Shown: piece after piece, positions 11,778-23,900 of the stretch
Layout: every line of letters starts with the position of its first letter
Position numbering within the stretch: position 1 is the stretch's first letter
Source: Antedon mediterranea
Taxonomy: Eukaryota > Animalia > Echinodermata
Direction: 5' to 3'
DNA length: 64,000 nt
Assembly (NCBI RefSeq): GCF_964355755.1
Contig: NC_092671.1
Coordinates: 7,626,001 to 7,690,000, forward strand
The notes under the pieces: model-generated
Database searches by the model: none
Told to the model about the DNA's origin: nothing
Seen by the model: only the letters and a program-made list of their open reading frames with translations
Made by a program: the position numbers and the translations under genes

Positions 11778-14700
11778 ATGGATGATCACAGTTACAGCAA
11801 AGCTCATTCAAGATCGAAATCTATACTTTTCACAGCTCAAGTTTTTGGGGAAGCAATACCGGATGAAGGTTAGACTATACTATGGGATGTTATTAAGCCT
11901 TAGGCCTATTCCCGTCTTGAATAAAAAAGTTTCTAGCAAGCTACAGCAGTGAGTAGAGCTAGGCTAGGCCTAGCCTAGCTAGGCCGGATTAGGCCAAGTT
12001 GAGCCGCCGACAAGTTGAGCCGCCGCCAGAAAAACGTTATTTTCTATGAAACGCCAAATGCTAACTTTCGCCGGTGCTCGTTTTTTATTTAATAGAAGTT
12101 CTATTTTCATTAGGGATAACGAAGTTTATATATCACACTTTTTAGTATAGTATTAAATATTACACTTTAAAGAACTATAATATGAAAATCTGACTTGTAC
12201 TTGTAGATTCCAAAATAAAAGACCTAAAACATCACCGAAAATGATCGTTTTTAGCCAAAAATGACGTAAACATGTTGCCCCCTCAGGTTAAATAATTACA
12301 TAAAATCACCGTTTTTTAGGAAAATATTTTGTGTATTAAAATTGTAAAATTCAATAAAATATGATATTAAAAGATAGTAAATAAAAGATATTAATTATTT
12401 AACATCATTTTAAGAATATCAATACTCTATTAGTCTTTTGGGTAGGCCTACACGTCCACGCCAGACAAATATAGAGTGCACGGCATTTTTACCTTGAAAG
12501 ATTACTTTCCTTTGCTGTGTTGTTTATGGTGGTTCAAACCAACATTGTAGTATGTAATTATATATTATTTATTTTCATGACACAATACACATAAAGACCA
12601 TGAACTTGTACTAGGACACCGCTCTAATCACTACGCGAAATGTCGTAAAAGACGCGCTGGGCGTTTCATAGAAATTACCGGCGGCTCAACTTGTCGGCGG
12701 CCCAACCGGTCATATGCCGCTAGGCCTAGTCTAGCGTCGGACAGGAAGGAGGCCTAGCCTAGGCATATAGGCCTAATACTAGGCTAGGCCTAGTTAATAA
12801 ACCGGTATAGGCATTATAGCCTAGTCAGTGGCTAAAAAAGCTAGGCCTAGTACCTACAGTAGGCCTACCTTAGTTTATTAGGTAGGCCTAATTCAAATTT
12901 AAAAATTGCATATTTTAATTTTATTCTCAAATTTTCTACGGTCTCTTTACAGGTTCACCCCAATTCTTAAACCCAGAAAAGCACATAGGCCTACGTCAAG
13001 TTAATGAATGCTGCATTATTAAGTGTGCGGAAAAAGAGCATTGCGAAGGATGGCATTGCCCCCTCTGTAACATGACTAGATCAAGATATCGAATGAGGAA
13101 CCATTTCTTCACAGTTCATTGGGCGTCTCGCGTTACAATTGGTGGTAACTATTTTTCTTACATAATTGTTATTAACATATTTTTAGATTACAATCAAACT
13201 ATTTATAAAATGTAATTATTTAGTTTTCATCATGTTACTTTGAAACATTGCATCTATTTTTTACTTGGTTATTTTTTAATAATGTTTTTGAAACAGAAAT
13301 CAATTCGTTGCTTTGCAAGTGTGAAATCCCGAATGTGACGACACCTCGCCATTGGCACTGTCCATTCTGCAACACTAAGCCGTATTTCAAACTGAAGTAT
13401 TTGGTTTTCCACATTGGCCGTGTACACAAACCTAACAAAACAGTGCAAGGATATACTCAACGAAAACTTGCTTACACCGTTGATTCTACCACCAACGCTG
13501 ATGAAACGAGTGCTGATACGACAACTAATGATAATACCCTGGATGTCAAAAACATTCGTTTATTAACTTGGACACCCAATAGTAAAGACACCAAAGATAT
13601 TTCTTTTCTTGGTTCTCATGGTTAGTATTGTTCAATATCTATTACCGTATATCCTCTGGTATAATCCCGCCCCCTAGAACAGGAAACTGGGCCAACTTTG
13701 GGTGGTGGGACTATACCTGCGAAAAGCCTGGTTAAGGAAATCAATGATTGGTACAGTATTAGCATTTCTTGTAAAAACTCAACTGGCTAGAGAGGTCTAC
13801 ATTCAGAACAAAAGTCAATACTGGGGCTATACCTGGGGATATGCCTGTTTGTGAAATCAGACATAAAGTAGAGGGTAGAGATTAGACCCGAAGTGGGATT
13901 ATACACGAGGATATACGGTATTATTATTCATAAAGAGGTCCCCCAGTATAAAGAAGAAATAAATAATACAATAAAAATATTTTAAAAATGTTAACCATAC
14001 TTGTAACCTGTCACTGATGACATGTTTTATTAAACTATATAAACTAGCTTGGTTTGACCAGTTTAATCTATTTGACCACAGGTTGCAAATTGATTCGTTG
14101 TACAGACCCTGGTCACTGTGCTGGCTGGCATTGCTCTCTATGTCCACATGCTACACAAAAACATAGAGTTAGAAGACATTTACTATCTACGCATTGGGCA
14201 TGTAGGATTGAAGTCGGCGGTAAGTTAAATGATATTATCCCTATAAAAAGGGGATACTTTTTTTGGTTCCGAAGGTGTCCCCTTAAAGATATATTGTCCC
14301 CCTTGGAAAAATATTTTTTTAAAATTTTTTTTGTTTGATATGCCAATTTAATGTCACATAATAGTTATTCACTTTGATCAAAAATTGGATTGGAAAACAT
14401 TTTTTTCTGGAAAACTGTAATATAAAGCAAAATATAGTCAAATCGAATGGAAGTCATGTTTTTTGGTTGAATTTAACAGTTTATTTAGTCTTTTTATGAG
14501 TGAAAACATTGTTGTTTTAGTTTTTTTTTCTATGGTAATGTGATTAACTTTATTGAAACTGCAAAATGGCCTATTCAAAGTCTTTTTTTGTTAATCTTAT
14601 CTGTTCATGTTTGTGAGGGACAATACTGTCAATTACACTGTATATATGGGCTGTATTGTAGAACAAACCTTACATTATTACATACAAATAAGTAGATTGT

Positions 14701-17700
14701 TTACAAAACAAATAATACATTTTGCATGTATGACATTTTATTGGTTTGCAGATAAAGTGGCAGTAATGTGCAAATGTGATCAGATTTCAAGATCTGGCTT
14801 AAGGCATTGGCATTGCCATTTCTGCAATAAGAAAATATCTCGGCCTAAGAAATTAATATTGCATTTGATGAATGTCCACAAACCAGACGAGCTTGTGAAA
14901 AGATATTCAATGGGAAAACTTCACAGCTCTTTTAACACAAGTGGTATTGTTACAGTACCACAAGCAGTGGACGACAAACAAGAATTTCCAATACAAGGTA
15001 TAGACATTTTGAATGATAAGAATGTTAACACACAATTTGGTGATCTAAATGTTCCCTAGTTTTATGTGTAAGTTTTGTTGTGTATTTATTTGTTGCCAAT
15101 ATAAGAATAAGAAGTGAGTATGCCTGTATATGGAATTTATCTAAGTTTAGCAAAAAAAATCATCTTAAGTTTGTTTGTTTTGTTTGTAAAGTTGGTTTTA
15201 AAATAACCTCACTAACTAATTTTACATGTTTCCTTTTTAAAATAAAACATCAGTTTTTTCACTTAAGCACTTCTTAACTATCTTGATTAAAGTAAAAATA
15301 TAATACCATCTAGGGTTTATAATTAGTTGTTTTATAATTTCAGTGCCTTCGTTTGACTGTGAGATTATTAAATGCCTTGAATCTGGTCATTGTAAGGGAT
15401 GGCACTGTCCCTTGTGTACCGTAAATGGTAGAAAATATTATATAAATACTCATCTGCAGACTGTTCATTTTGGTTCCAGATTGGAATTTGAAGGTAAAAT
15501 TCTTTATAGTTAATTGTTCTTGTCGGGAAATTAAATATCCCACAATATCTCACTGTCACATCAGTAAGCATGAGTTGTGAAACATGAAATTGAAATTACT
15601 TTTAGAGAAATTTAGAAGAATAGTAACTTGCATTCTTCTAGTATGTACTATAATATTTGTTTCTGAAATCATTGGACAAATTGGAGGCAAGTCTCTCAGA
15701 GAGACCACATAGTCGTTAAGGCCAGTGGCTAATTAAGCATTCTCCCTTAAACTAATCTCAATCACAACAACAAACAAATCTTCTTGATTTTGACAGATAA
15801 AGTCTCAGTTATGTGCAAGTGTGGCTCAAATGGAAAAAAAACTCCCAGGCACTGGCACTGTCCACTATGCACGAATACACCATACGTCAAATCCAAAATG
15901 CTTATGAATCATGTTTTATCTGTGCATAAGCCACAAACAACTGTGAGACGTTATTGTCAAGGAAAGTTAGTGACAGTTATTAATCAAGGTGAAAAACCTG
16001 ATCCACCAAAAAGAAAGAAAGAGAAACCAAACTTGACAGAGTCACTATTATACAATGGTTCAAGTAAGTATGTAAAATGATGATGATTATAAATACTGTA
16101 CAATGACCTTGATTAGGATGGCTTTATTTCAATGAAATACATTAGTTGAGTTCAACCCTTTTATTTAAATATAGAGGCACCGCAATGTTGAATCCCTTAG
16201 CAAGACCCTTATCCACCTTCCTTGCTCTTTCCCACAAAGGTGACAATGGGTACTGGTGTGTAAAAATACTGCCTAATCCTCCTTCAAGTCCCTCCTCCCC
16301 TACCAACAATAATACACATTTAGTGGAGTCTGCGCACAAACATTAAGAAAATAGAGTTGGCACCAAATTGACCTGACCTGTTGACCTTGGTAGATACCTC
16401 TACCCTCTGTAGCTGCTATGGGCCTGTACAGCCATAATCAGTGCATCCATGATTTGTCGATGTCGATTGGTTGATGAATTAAATGGCGAATCAATATCAA
16501 TGTACTATATCTTACTGTTTTTATATTTCAGCGATTGACATTATTCCGTGTGAGTTAGACGTTCACTGTGAGGGATGGCATTGTCCATTGTGTGATAAGG
16601 CTGCTAGGAAATACATCATTAAAAGACATCTATATGCTGTCCACTGGAGTTCTCGAGTGCAAGTGGGAGGTAACACTAATTGTTAATGATTTAATTTTTA
16701 TAGAATTCATCATCATCATTCATCTATCATTTTATTTGCACAAAATAAAATAAACTCTTATGAAATATTGTTTTAGGTGCAGCTCTTGTGTGGTTGAGAA
16801 TTTTTACTAGCCCTAATTTTTCATCACTCCTACTTTTGCACTACCCTAAACTATACTATTATTGTGAATTAATATATTTAATTCAGAATGTTGTTTTATT
16901 ATCTTTATAGATATGAAAGCACTGCTATGCAAGTGCCTAATGACCAAGTTAAAAGCATCACGCCACTTTCATTGTCCACTCTGCGAAAACGTAGTATATT
17001 CTAAGTCTCTGCAATTGCAAAAGCATATTCTACGTGAACATTCGCCGACTGCTGACGTCTACCAGTATTTCAAGGACCAAGCCATAAGCATTCTAAAAGG
17101 CATACCTCAGCGCGAGTCATTATTAATGATGGATGAAGATGAAGATATACAAACCGTTGATACCACAATGGAAACAACAGAACTTGCAGAAGCGACAGAA
17201 ATCTTACAAACAACAGAACCAACAACGTCAGAACCAATTACCACAATTGTTAGGAAAGACCAAGATTGCCAAAATGGTAAAGAATATACATTTTAAAATT
17301 AAATTTTTGGAAGTATTCATATAGGCAAGTAACATTTACACATTTGTATAACCAAGCCAGAGACGAGGCATAGATGCTTTAAATGTAATTATTAATATCA
17401 AATATGATGATCTGTGTAGGGGAATTGGGGTGGATGGTTAAAATTGAAATTTCAGACAAGGTGAGCCCCTCGTCTGCCTCATATTGGCTATGGCCCACTA
17501 GAAGTTTGTCTCACAAGGACCCCAAATAAGGTATATTATATGACATTTAATAGCAAAAAATAAATTAAACTAAAATGAATATACTTTACATATAATATAT
17601 AAAACTCCTCATAACTAAAATGTGTATGTAGGTTTCGTTTTTTGACCACTACATTGTTTGGTCAAAGTTTACAAGAAAAGCTTGTAAAGAATTCACATGA

Positions 17701-20340
17701 TCAGTCACAAATATGCATTTTGAAATAGAATTTGGATTTAAAATTTGTATATTCTTGCTTTCTTAGTGTGGGATATGGTGAAATGTGCTGAAACAGAACA
17801 TTGTGAGGGATGGCACTGTACCCTTTGTACCATGACTGGGAATATGCCAAAATTAAAGAAACACTTTCGTATTAATCATCGTAGCTCTCGTATTGAAGTT
17901 GGTGGTGAGTTTTTATTGTTTACTGTTTGTAGCGTTGCACTAAAGTATATCCTCAAGTGCGTGAAATATATATGAAAAATTGAAAAGATCTAGGGAGTCA
18001 ACTTTGTTCTTCTCGGTTAACTACACCTTATTACTAAAATTTGTCGGCGACGCAACGAAGTGATACTATGTGGCTACAGATACTACGCGTGTGAAATGGA
18101 TTTAACCGTAACATACTATTTCATTAATTAACAATAAAATTACACCTTTGAATAGCTGAATTGTCTAGCTTTACAGGGTTGTAAATAAATCATATAAATG
18201 AAAATTTCTTTAAGCTAAAATTATGTGTTTTGTAGAGCTCTCTACTAATTCGAGTTTTTCACAAACGCATGGTTATGTCAAATGACTACGCGGTTAGTAT
18301 CTCTTTGTGGTGTGGTTGACAAATTCTATTTTATTTTACTGTTATTCTATTCATAGGGATGGCCATTATTGCATGTATGTGTAGGAAAGTATCCGGGCTT
18401 GGACATCAACACTGGCACTGTCCTTTGTGCGTTAATCGAAGTTTTTCAAGAATTCTTAGCCTTGAAGATCACTTTGTAGCCACACACAAGCCTATAGCTG
18501 AAGTGAAGAGGTTTGCTAGGGGTAACATTATAACTGTAAAGGACTATGCCAATCCAACGAAATTCAACCAGCAGTTTAGCAACGATGATGACAAAGTTGA
18601 TGGTACATATGCTTTGTTGGTAATTATGTATATAATACAAGGAGCCAGTCAGCCCGGACCCCTATAAATTAAGTTCAGCACTTTATTTTACACTACTTTA
18701 GGCTCTGGGGCTCCATATTTCAAAATCCTGGGTCCACCCTGGAATATGGTTAGCAGATTCTCGGTATTGTATCTAACTTTCCTCATTATCCTAGGAAAAT
18801 TCTGTGATACAGCCTCACATGTGATATCACATATCATAGACTCTAACCAAACCTTACATGAAACATATGAGCGGCTGTATTACAGAGTTTGCAAATGATA
18901 CTGGACAAATATTGTTTTTTTGTAGAGATACAGCATTGAGAATCGGGTGCTATTGTTTAGATGTTCATTTCATTCATCAATCCTACAATAATAAATTATT
19001 TATATTTTTTTATCAAATTTAGAACCTCCACCAAAACAGGATTGTACTGTGCTCAAGTGTACATTGGACGGGCATTGCCTTGGATGGCATTGTCCATTTT
19101 GTTCTGTAAATGGAGAAAGGTTCCGAGTAAGGAATCATATTAAATCTGTGCATTGGGGGTCTCGTATAGAGATGGGCGGTAAGTTTCCAAAGTAGTACAG
19201 TACATTTGTTTTATTACAAAGGATAATATGCCTAGCCATTTTTCCTTCTATTTTAGGAATATTGTCAAGGATAACTATACATGATTACATTCACTGTCCC
19301 CAAAGGTGCTAACTGTGTTCATAGTACAAATATATAGGCAGTTGTTTGATTTAGATTTTTCCACTTTATTTTAATTTTTTATAATACAGTCAACTTTTCC
19401 AATACTGGACACCCTTCTTGGGCTGACCTAATATATCTAGTTTTCTGGAAAGTGTGGTATACAAAATGCGTTTTTAATGGTATAGATCAATTTTCCGGTT
19501 TTCAGAGAGGTATTTGAAGAGTTTTCTGTATTAAAGATCTTATAATGAATAATTGTAATTTTTAGATACATGGTCAGTTTTATGCAAATGTAAAAACGCA
19601 AATAAGACAACGCCACGACACTGGCATTGCACTTTCTGCGCAGACTCTACGTTTTCAAAGTCACACATCCTGGAAAAACATTTGATGCACATTCACAAAG
19701 TCACAACTGACGTAAAACGCTTTTCAAGATGCAAGCTTGTAGCAGTGAATGGGGTACCATTAAATGGCGAGACAGCTATGTGTAGCACTGTTACAGAAGA
19801 AGACGGTCAGCTTTCACTGATTCCCGAGAACGTTGACCTAGTAATACCCAATGAAAATGTAGTCGTACATGAAGAACAACCAATCGGAGAAGATGAACAA
19901 CCCACAGTATCGGAGGAAATTTTAAAATTTACCTGTGTAAGACAATTGTATCATACCATTTTATAAAATGCATAAATAATGTCAAATAAGAATTCTTTTC
20001 CGTACACTATTGCATGAATTAAAATAGTTATTATTCATACTCACGTAATTATTAAATTTAAACCCTATATATAGAATAAATAAATACAATTATATATCAG
20101 GTAACACTTTTGTATAAAACTGATATGAGCTTGGAGTCAAATGTTTTAATGTAACGGTTAATTCGTGCAGGAAAGAGTTAAATTAATTTCCTTTTTCCTG
20201 ATTCGTGTGAATATTTAATATTCTTTAAACAGGTGATGAAAAAGTTGTGGGAGGATACGCTAAATACGATAAATAATCATGTACTATTCAATTATTCTTT
20301 TCAGGCTTGGAAGCTTTTAGAAGAGATTGCAGAAAACTAA
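11778..20340 (+). CDS. Uncharacterised protein with six tandem bipartite Cys/His-rich double zinc-finger modules (12 extended C2H2-like fingers), about 976 aa, 14 exons
   Basis: Exons: 11778-11868, 12953-13144, 13297-13620, 14082-14219, 14752-14997, 15344-15493, 15797-16063, 16532-16669, 16911-17276, 17767-17904, 18357-18602, 19023-19178, 19566-19936, 20233-20340. All GT-AG, no internal stops, total 2931 nt. Motif A (C-x4-HC-x-GWHC-x2-C-x11-H-x4-H) and motif B (CxC-x9-H[WF]HC-x2-C-x12/13-H-x4-H) alternate exon by exon. The first exon, last exon and exon-5 donor are less certain. Confidence 0.85.
11985..12719. mobile_element. Non-autonomous TIR element with CGG...CCG termini and apparent 6-bp TSD, in intron 1 of the zinc-finger gene
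   Basis: Inverted ends share GCCGCCGACAAGTTGAGCCGCCG and TTTCTATGAAACGCC; CTAGGC flanks both sides (11979-11984, 12720-12725). Confidence 0.75.
13645..13918. mobile_element. Tc1/mariner (pogo/Tigger-type) MITE
   Basis: TIR CCGTATATCCTC..TATAATCCC / GGGATTATA..GAGGATATACGG with TA on both sides. Confidence 0.8.
18042..18321. mobile_element. MITE with TGT...ACA termini and 4-bp TSD AATT (Ginger-like)
   Basis: Degenerate TIR TGTCGGCGACGCAACGAAGTGATACTA versus reverse complement TGTCAACCACACCACAAAGAGATACTA; AATT on both flanks. Confidence 0.6.
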
Positions 20341-20464
20341 TTTTACCACCAGTTGAGAAGTAAATACAGCCTGCTGCAACATGTTACATATAGCTGAACA
20401 TTATTCTTTGAGGAAACGCTAGTCAAGATTTATCAATTTCTTAAAATGTTGACTAATTCGTATT

Positions 20465-20660
20465 GTGATACACATCTAGTTGTATTCATGCAATTTGATT
20501 GGTTAATTTCGCATCATGTGTCATTTGGTATTAGTTCTACCTAATCTAACTATTTATTCTCAAATTATTAGTTGTTATTGTTATAAGTTAATAGGTATAG
20601 AGAAACTCTAACCCACCCAGTGATATACTGGAAAATTTAAATTGTTATACTAACGTAAAA
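20465..20660 (+). repeat. Interspersed repeat family (TGATTGGTT-containing), also at ~29600-29910 and ~40610-40800
   Basis: Shared CAATTTGATTGGTTAATT..CATCATGTGTCAT..GGTATTAGTTCTA..TATTTATTCTCAAATT..TAGAGAAA..GATATACTGGAAA blocks; the 29.6-kb copy shares only the first part. Confidence 0.7.
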
Positions 20661-20998
20661 GTGATGATAATAACATGCTCTAATGCACATTCAGCTTTCT
20701 GTAAACATTATTATTTTTTTTTAAATGGCTAAAACACCAAGTTTTTAAAATGTAATTATATGCAATAATGTTGCTATATATAACCATATATTGCGTTATC
20801 ATCATCTTATAGTGCCATAGAAACCAGCTTTACGGCGAAAAATAAAAAGGTTGAAATTTGACCATTTCTGAAAAAATCCATGTACTATACTGCCCCGTCA
20901 TGAAAGAACGACTCAACTGCATAAAGCAAAGTTTTGAGATAATCAACACAACGTGTTCTTGTTTTAGTTCTTCACGTGTGTAGATAATATTATTTTGA

Positions 20999-23900
20999 TT
21001 AGCATAATAAACATGCGCAGAGGTGAATAATGGGTTCTGAGCATGTCCATTGTGCTATAGTAACCAGTTTTATCGAAAAATAAAAATGTCGAAAATTTGC
21101 CATTTTTTGAAAAATCCCTAGGGAAATTTTCGAAAAATTGCCGATTTTCGACCCTTTCATTTTTTGACATAAATGGTTACTATAGCATAATAAACATGCG
21201 CAGAGGTGAATAATGGGTTCTGAGCATGTCCATTGTGCTATAGTAACCGGTTTTATCGAAAAATAAAAAGGTCGAAAATTTGCCATTTTTTGAAAAATCC
21301 CTAGGGAAATTTTTGAAAAATGGCCAATTTTCGACCCTTTTATTTTTTGACATAAAAGGTTACTATTGCATAATAAACATGCGCAGAGACGAATAATGGG
21401 TTCTACGCATGTCAATTGTGCTATAGTAACCAGTTTTGACATAAATGGTTACTATAGCATAATAAACATGCGCAGAGACGAATAATGGGTTCTACGCATG
21501 TCAATTGTGCTATAGTAACCAGTTTTGACATAAATGGTTACTATTGCATAATAAACATGCGCAGAGACGAATAATGGGTTCTGAGCATGTCAATTCTGCT
21601 ATAGTATAACCAGTTTTGACATAAATGGTTACTATAACATAATAAACATGCGCAGAGTCCACTAATGGGTTCTGCGCATGTTAATTGTGCTACAGTAACC
21701 AGTTTTGACATAAATGGTTACTATAGCATAATAAACATGCGCAGGGGCGACTAATGGGTTCTGCGCATGTTAATTGTGCTATAGTAACCAGTTTTATCGA
21801 AAAATAAAAAGGTCGAAAATTTGCCATTTTTGGAAAAAATCCCTGTACTATAGTACTGGGAAATTTTCGAAAAATGGCCGATTTTCGACCCTTTTATTTT
21901 TTGACATAAATGGTTACTATTGCATAATAAACATGCGCAGAGACAAATAATGGGTTCTGCGCATGTCAATTGTGCTATAGTAACCAGTTTTGACATAAAT
22001 GGTTACTATAGCATAATACACATGCACAGAGACGAATAATGGGTTCTGCGCATGTCAATTGTGCTATAGTAACCAGTTTTGACATAAATGGTTACTATAG
22101 CATAATAAACATGCGCAGAGTCCACTAATGGGTTCTGCGCATGTTAATTGTGCTATAGTAACCAGTTTTATCGAAAAATAAAATGGTCGAAAATTTGCCA
22201 TTTTTTGGAAAAAATCCCTGTACTATAGTACAGGAAAATTTTCGAAAAATGGCCGATTTTCAACCCTTTTATTTTTTGACATAAATGGTTACTATTGCAT
22301 AATAAACATGCGCAGAGACGAATAATGGGTTCTGCGCATGTTAATTGTGCTATAGTAACCAGTTTTGACATAAATGGTTACTATAGCATAATAAACATGC
22401 GCAGAGTCCACTAATGGGTTCTGCGCATGTTAATTGTGCTATAATAACCAGTTTTATCGAAAAATAAAAAGGTCGAAAATTTGCCATTTTTTAAAAAATC
22501 CCTGTACTATAGTACAGGGAAATTTTCGGAATATGGCCGATTTTTGACCATTTTATTTTTTGACATAAAAGGTTACTATTGCATAATAAACATGCGCAGA
22601 GACGAATAATCGGTTCTACGCATGTCAATTGTGCTATAGTAACCAGTTTTGACATAAATGGTTACTATTGCATAATAAACATGCGCAGAGACGAATATTG
22701 GGTTCTGCGCATGTCAATTCTGCAATAGTAACCAGTTTTGACATAAATGGTTACTATAGCATAATAAACATGCGCAGAGTCGCTAATGGGTTCTGCGCAT
22801 GTTAATTGTGCTATAGTAACCAGTTTTGACATAAATGGTTACTATAACATAATAAACATGCGCAGAGTCCACTAATGGGTTCTGCGCATGTTAATTGTGC
22901 TACAGTAACCAGTTTTGACATAAATGGTTACTATAGCATAATAAACATGCGCAGAGTCCACTAATGGGTTCTGCGCATGTCAATTGTGCTATAGTAACCA
23001 GTTTTTGACATAAATGGTTACTATAGCATAATAAACATGCGCAGAGTCCACTAATGGGTTCTACGCATGTTAATTGTGCTATAGTAACCAGTTTTATCGA
23101 AAAATAAAAAGGTCGAAAATTTGCCATTTTTGGAAAAAATCCCTGTACTATAGTCCAGGGAAATTTTCGAAAAATGGCCGATTTTCGACCCTTTTATTTT
23201 TTGACATAAATGGTTACTATTGCATAATAAACATGCGCAGAGACAAATAATGGGTTCTGCGCATGTCAATTGTGCTATAGTAACCAGTTTTGACATAAAT
23301 GGTTACTATAGCATAATACACATGCACAGAGACGAATAATGGGTTCTGCGCATGTCAATTGTGCTATAGTAACCAGTTTTGACATTAATGGTTACTATAG
23401 CATAATAAACATGCGCAGAGTCCACTAATGGGTTCTGCGCATGTTAATTGTGCTATAGTAACCAGTTTTATCGAAAAATAAAATGGTCGAAAATTTGCCA
23501 TTTTTTGGAAAAAATCCCTGTACTATAGTACAGGAAAATTTTCGAAAAATGGCCGATTTTCAACCCTTTTATTTTTTGACATAAATGGTTACTATTGCAT
23601 AATAAACATTCGCAGAGACGAATAATGGGTTCTGCGCATGTCAATTGTGCTATAGTAACCAGTTTTGACATAAATGGTTACTATAGCATAATAAACATGC
23701 GCAGAGTCCACTAATGGGTTCTGCGCATGATAATTGTGCTATAGTAACCAGTTTTATCGAAAAATAAAATGGTCGAAAATTTGCCATTTTTTGGAAAAAA
23801 TCCCTGTACTATAGTACAGGAAAATTTTCGAAAAATGGCCGATTTTCAACCCTTTTATTTTTTGACATAAATGGTTACTATTGCATAATAAACATGCGCA

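Noticed and set aside
19937-19966. Zinc-finger gene ending by read-through to the stop at 19966
   Set aside because: A good donor (GTAAGA at 19937) and a phase-compatible terminal exon (20233-20340) exist; read-through remains possible as an alternative.
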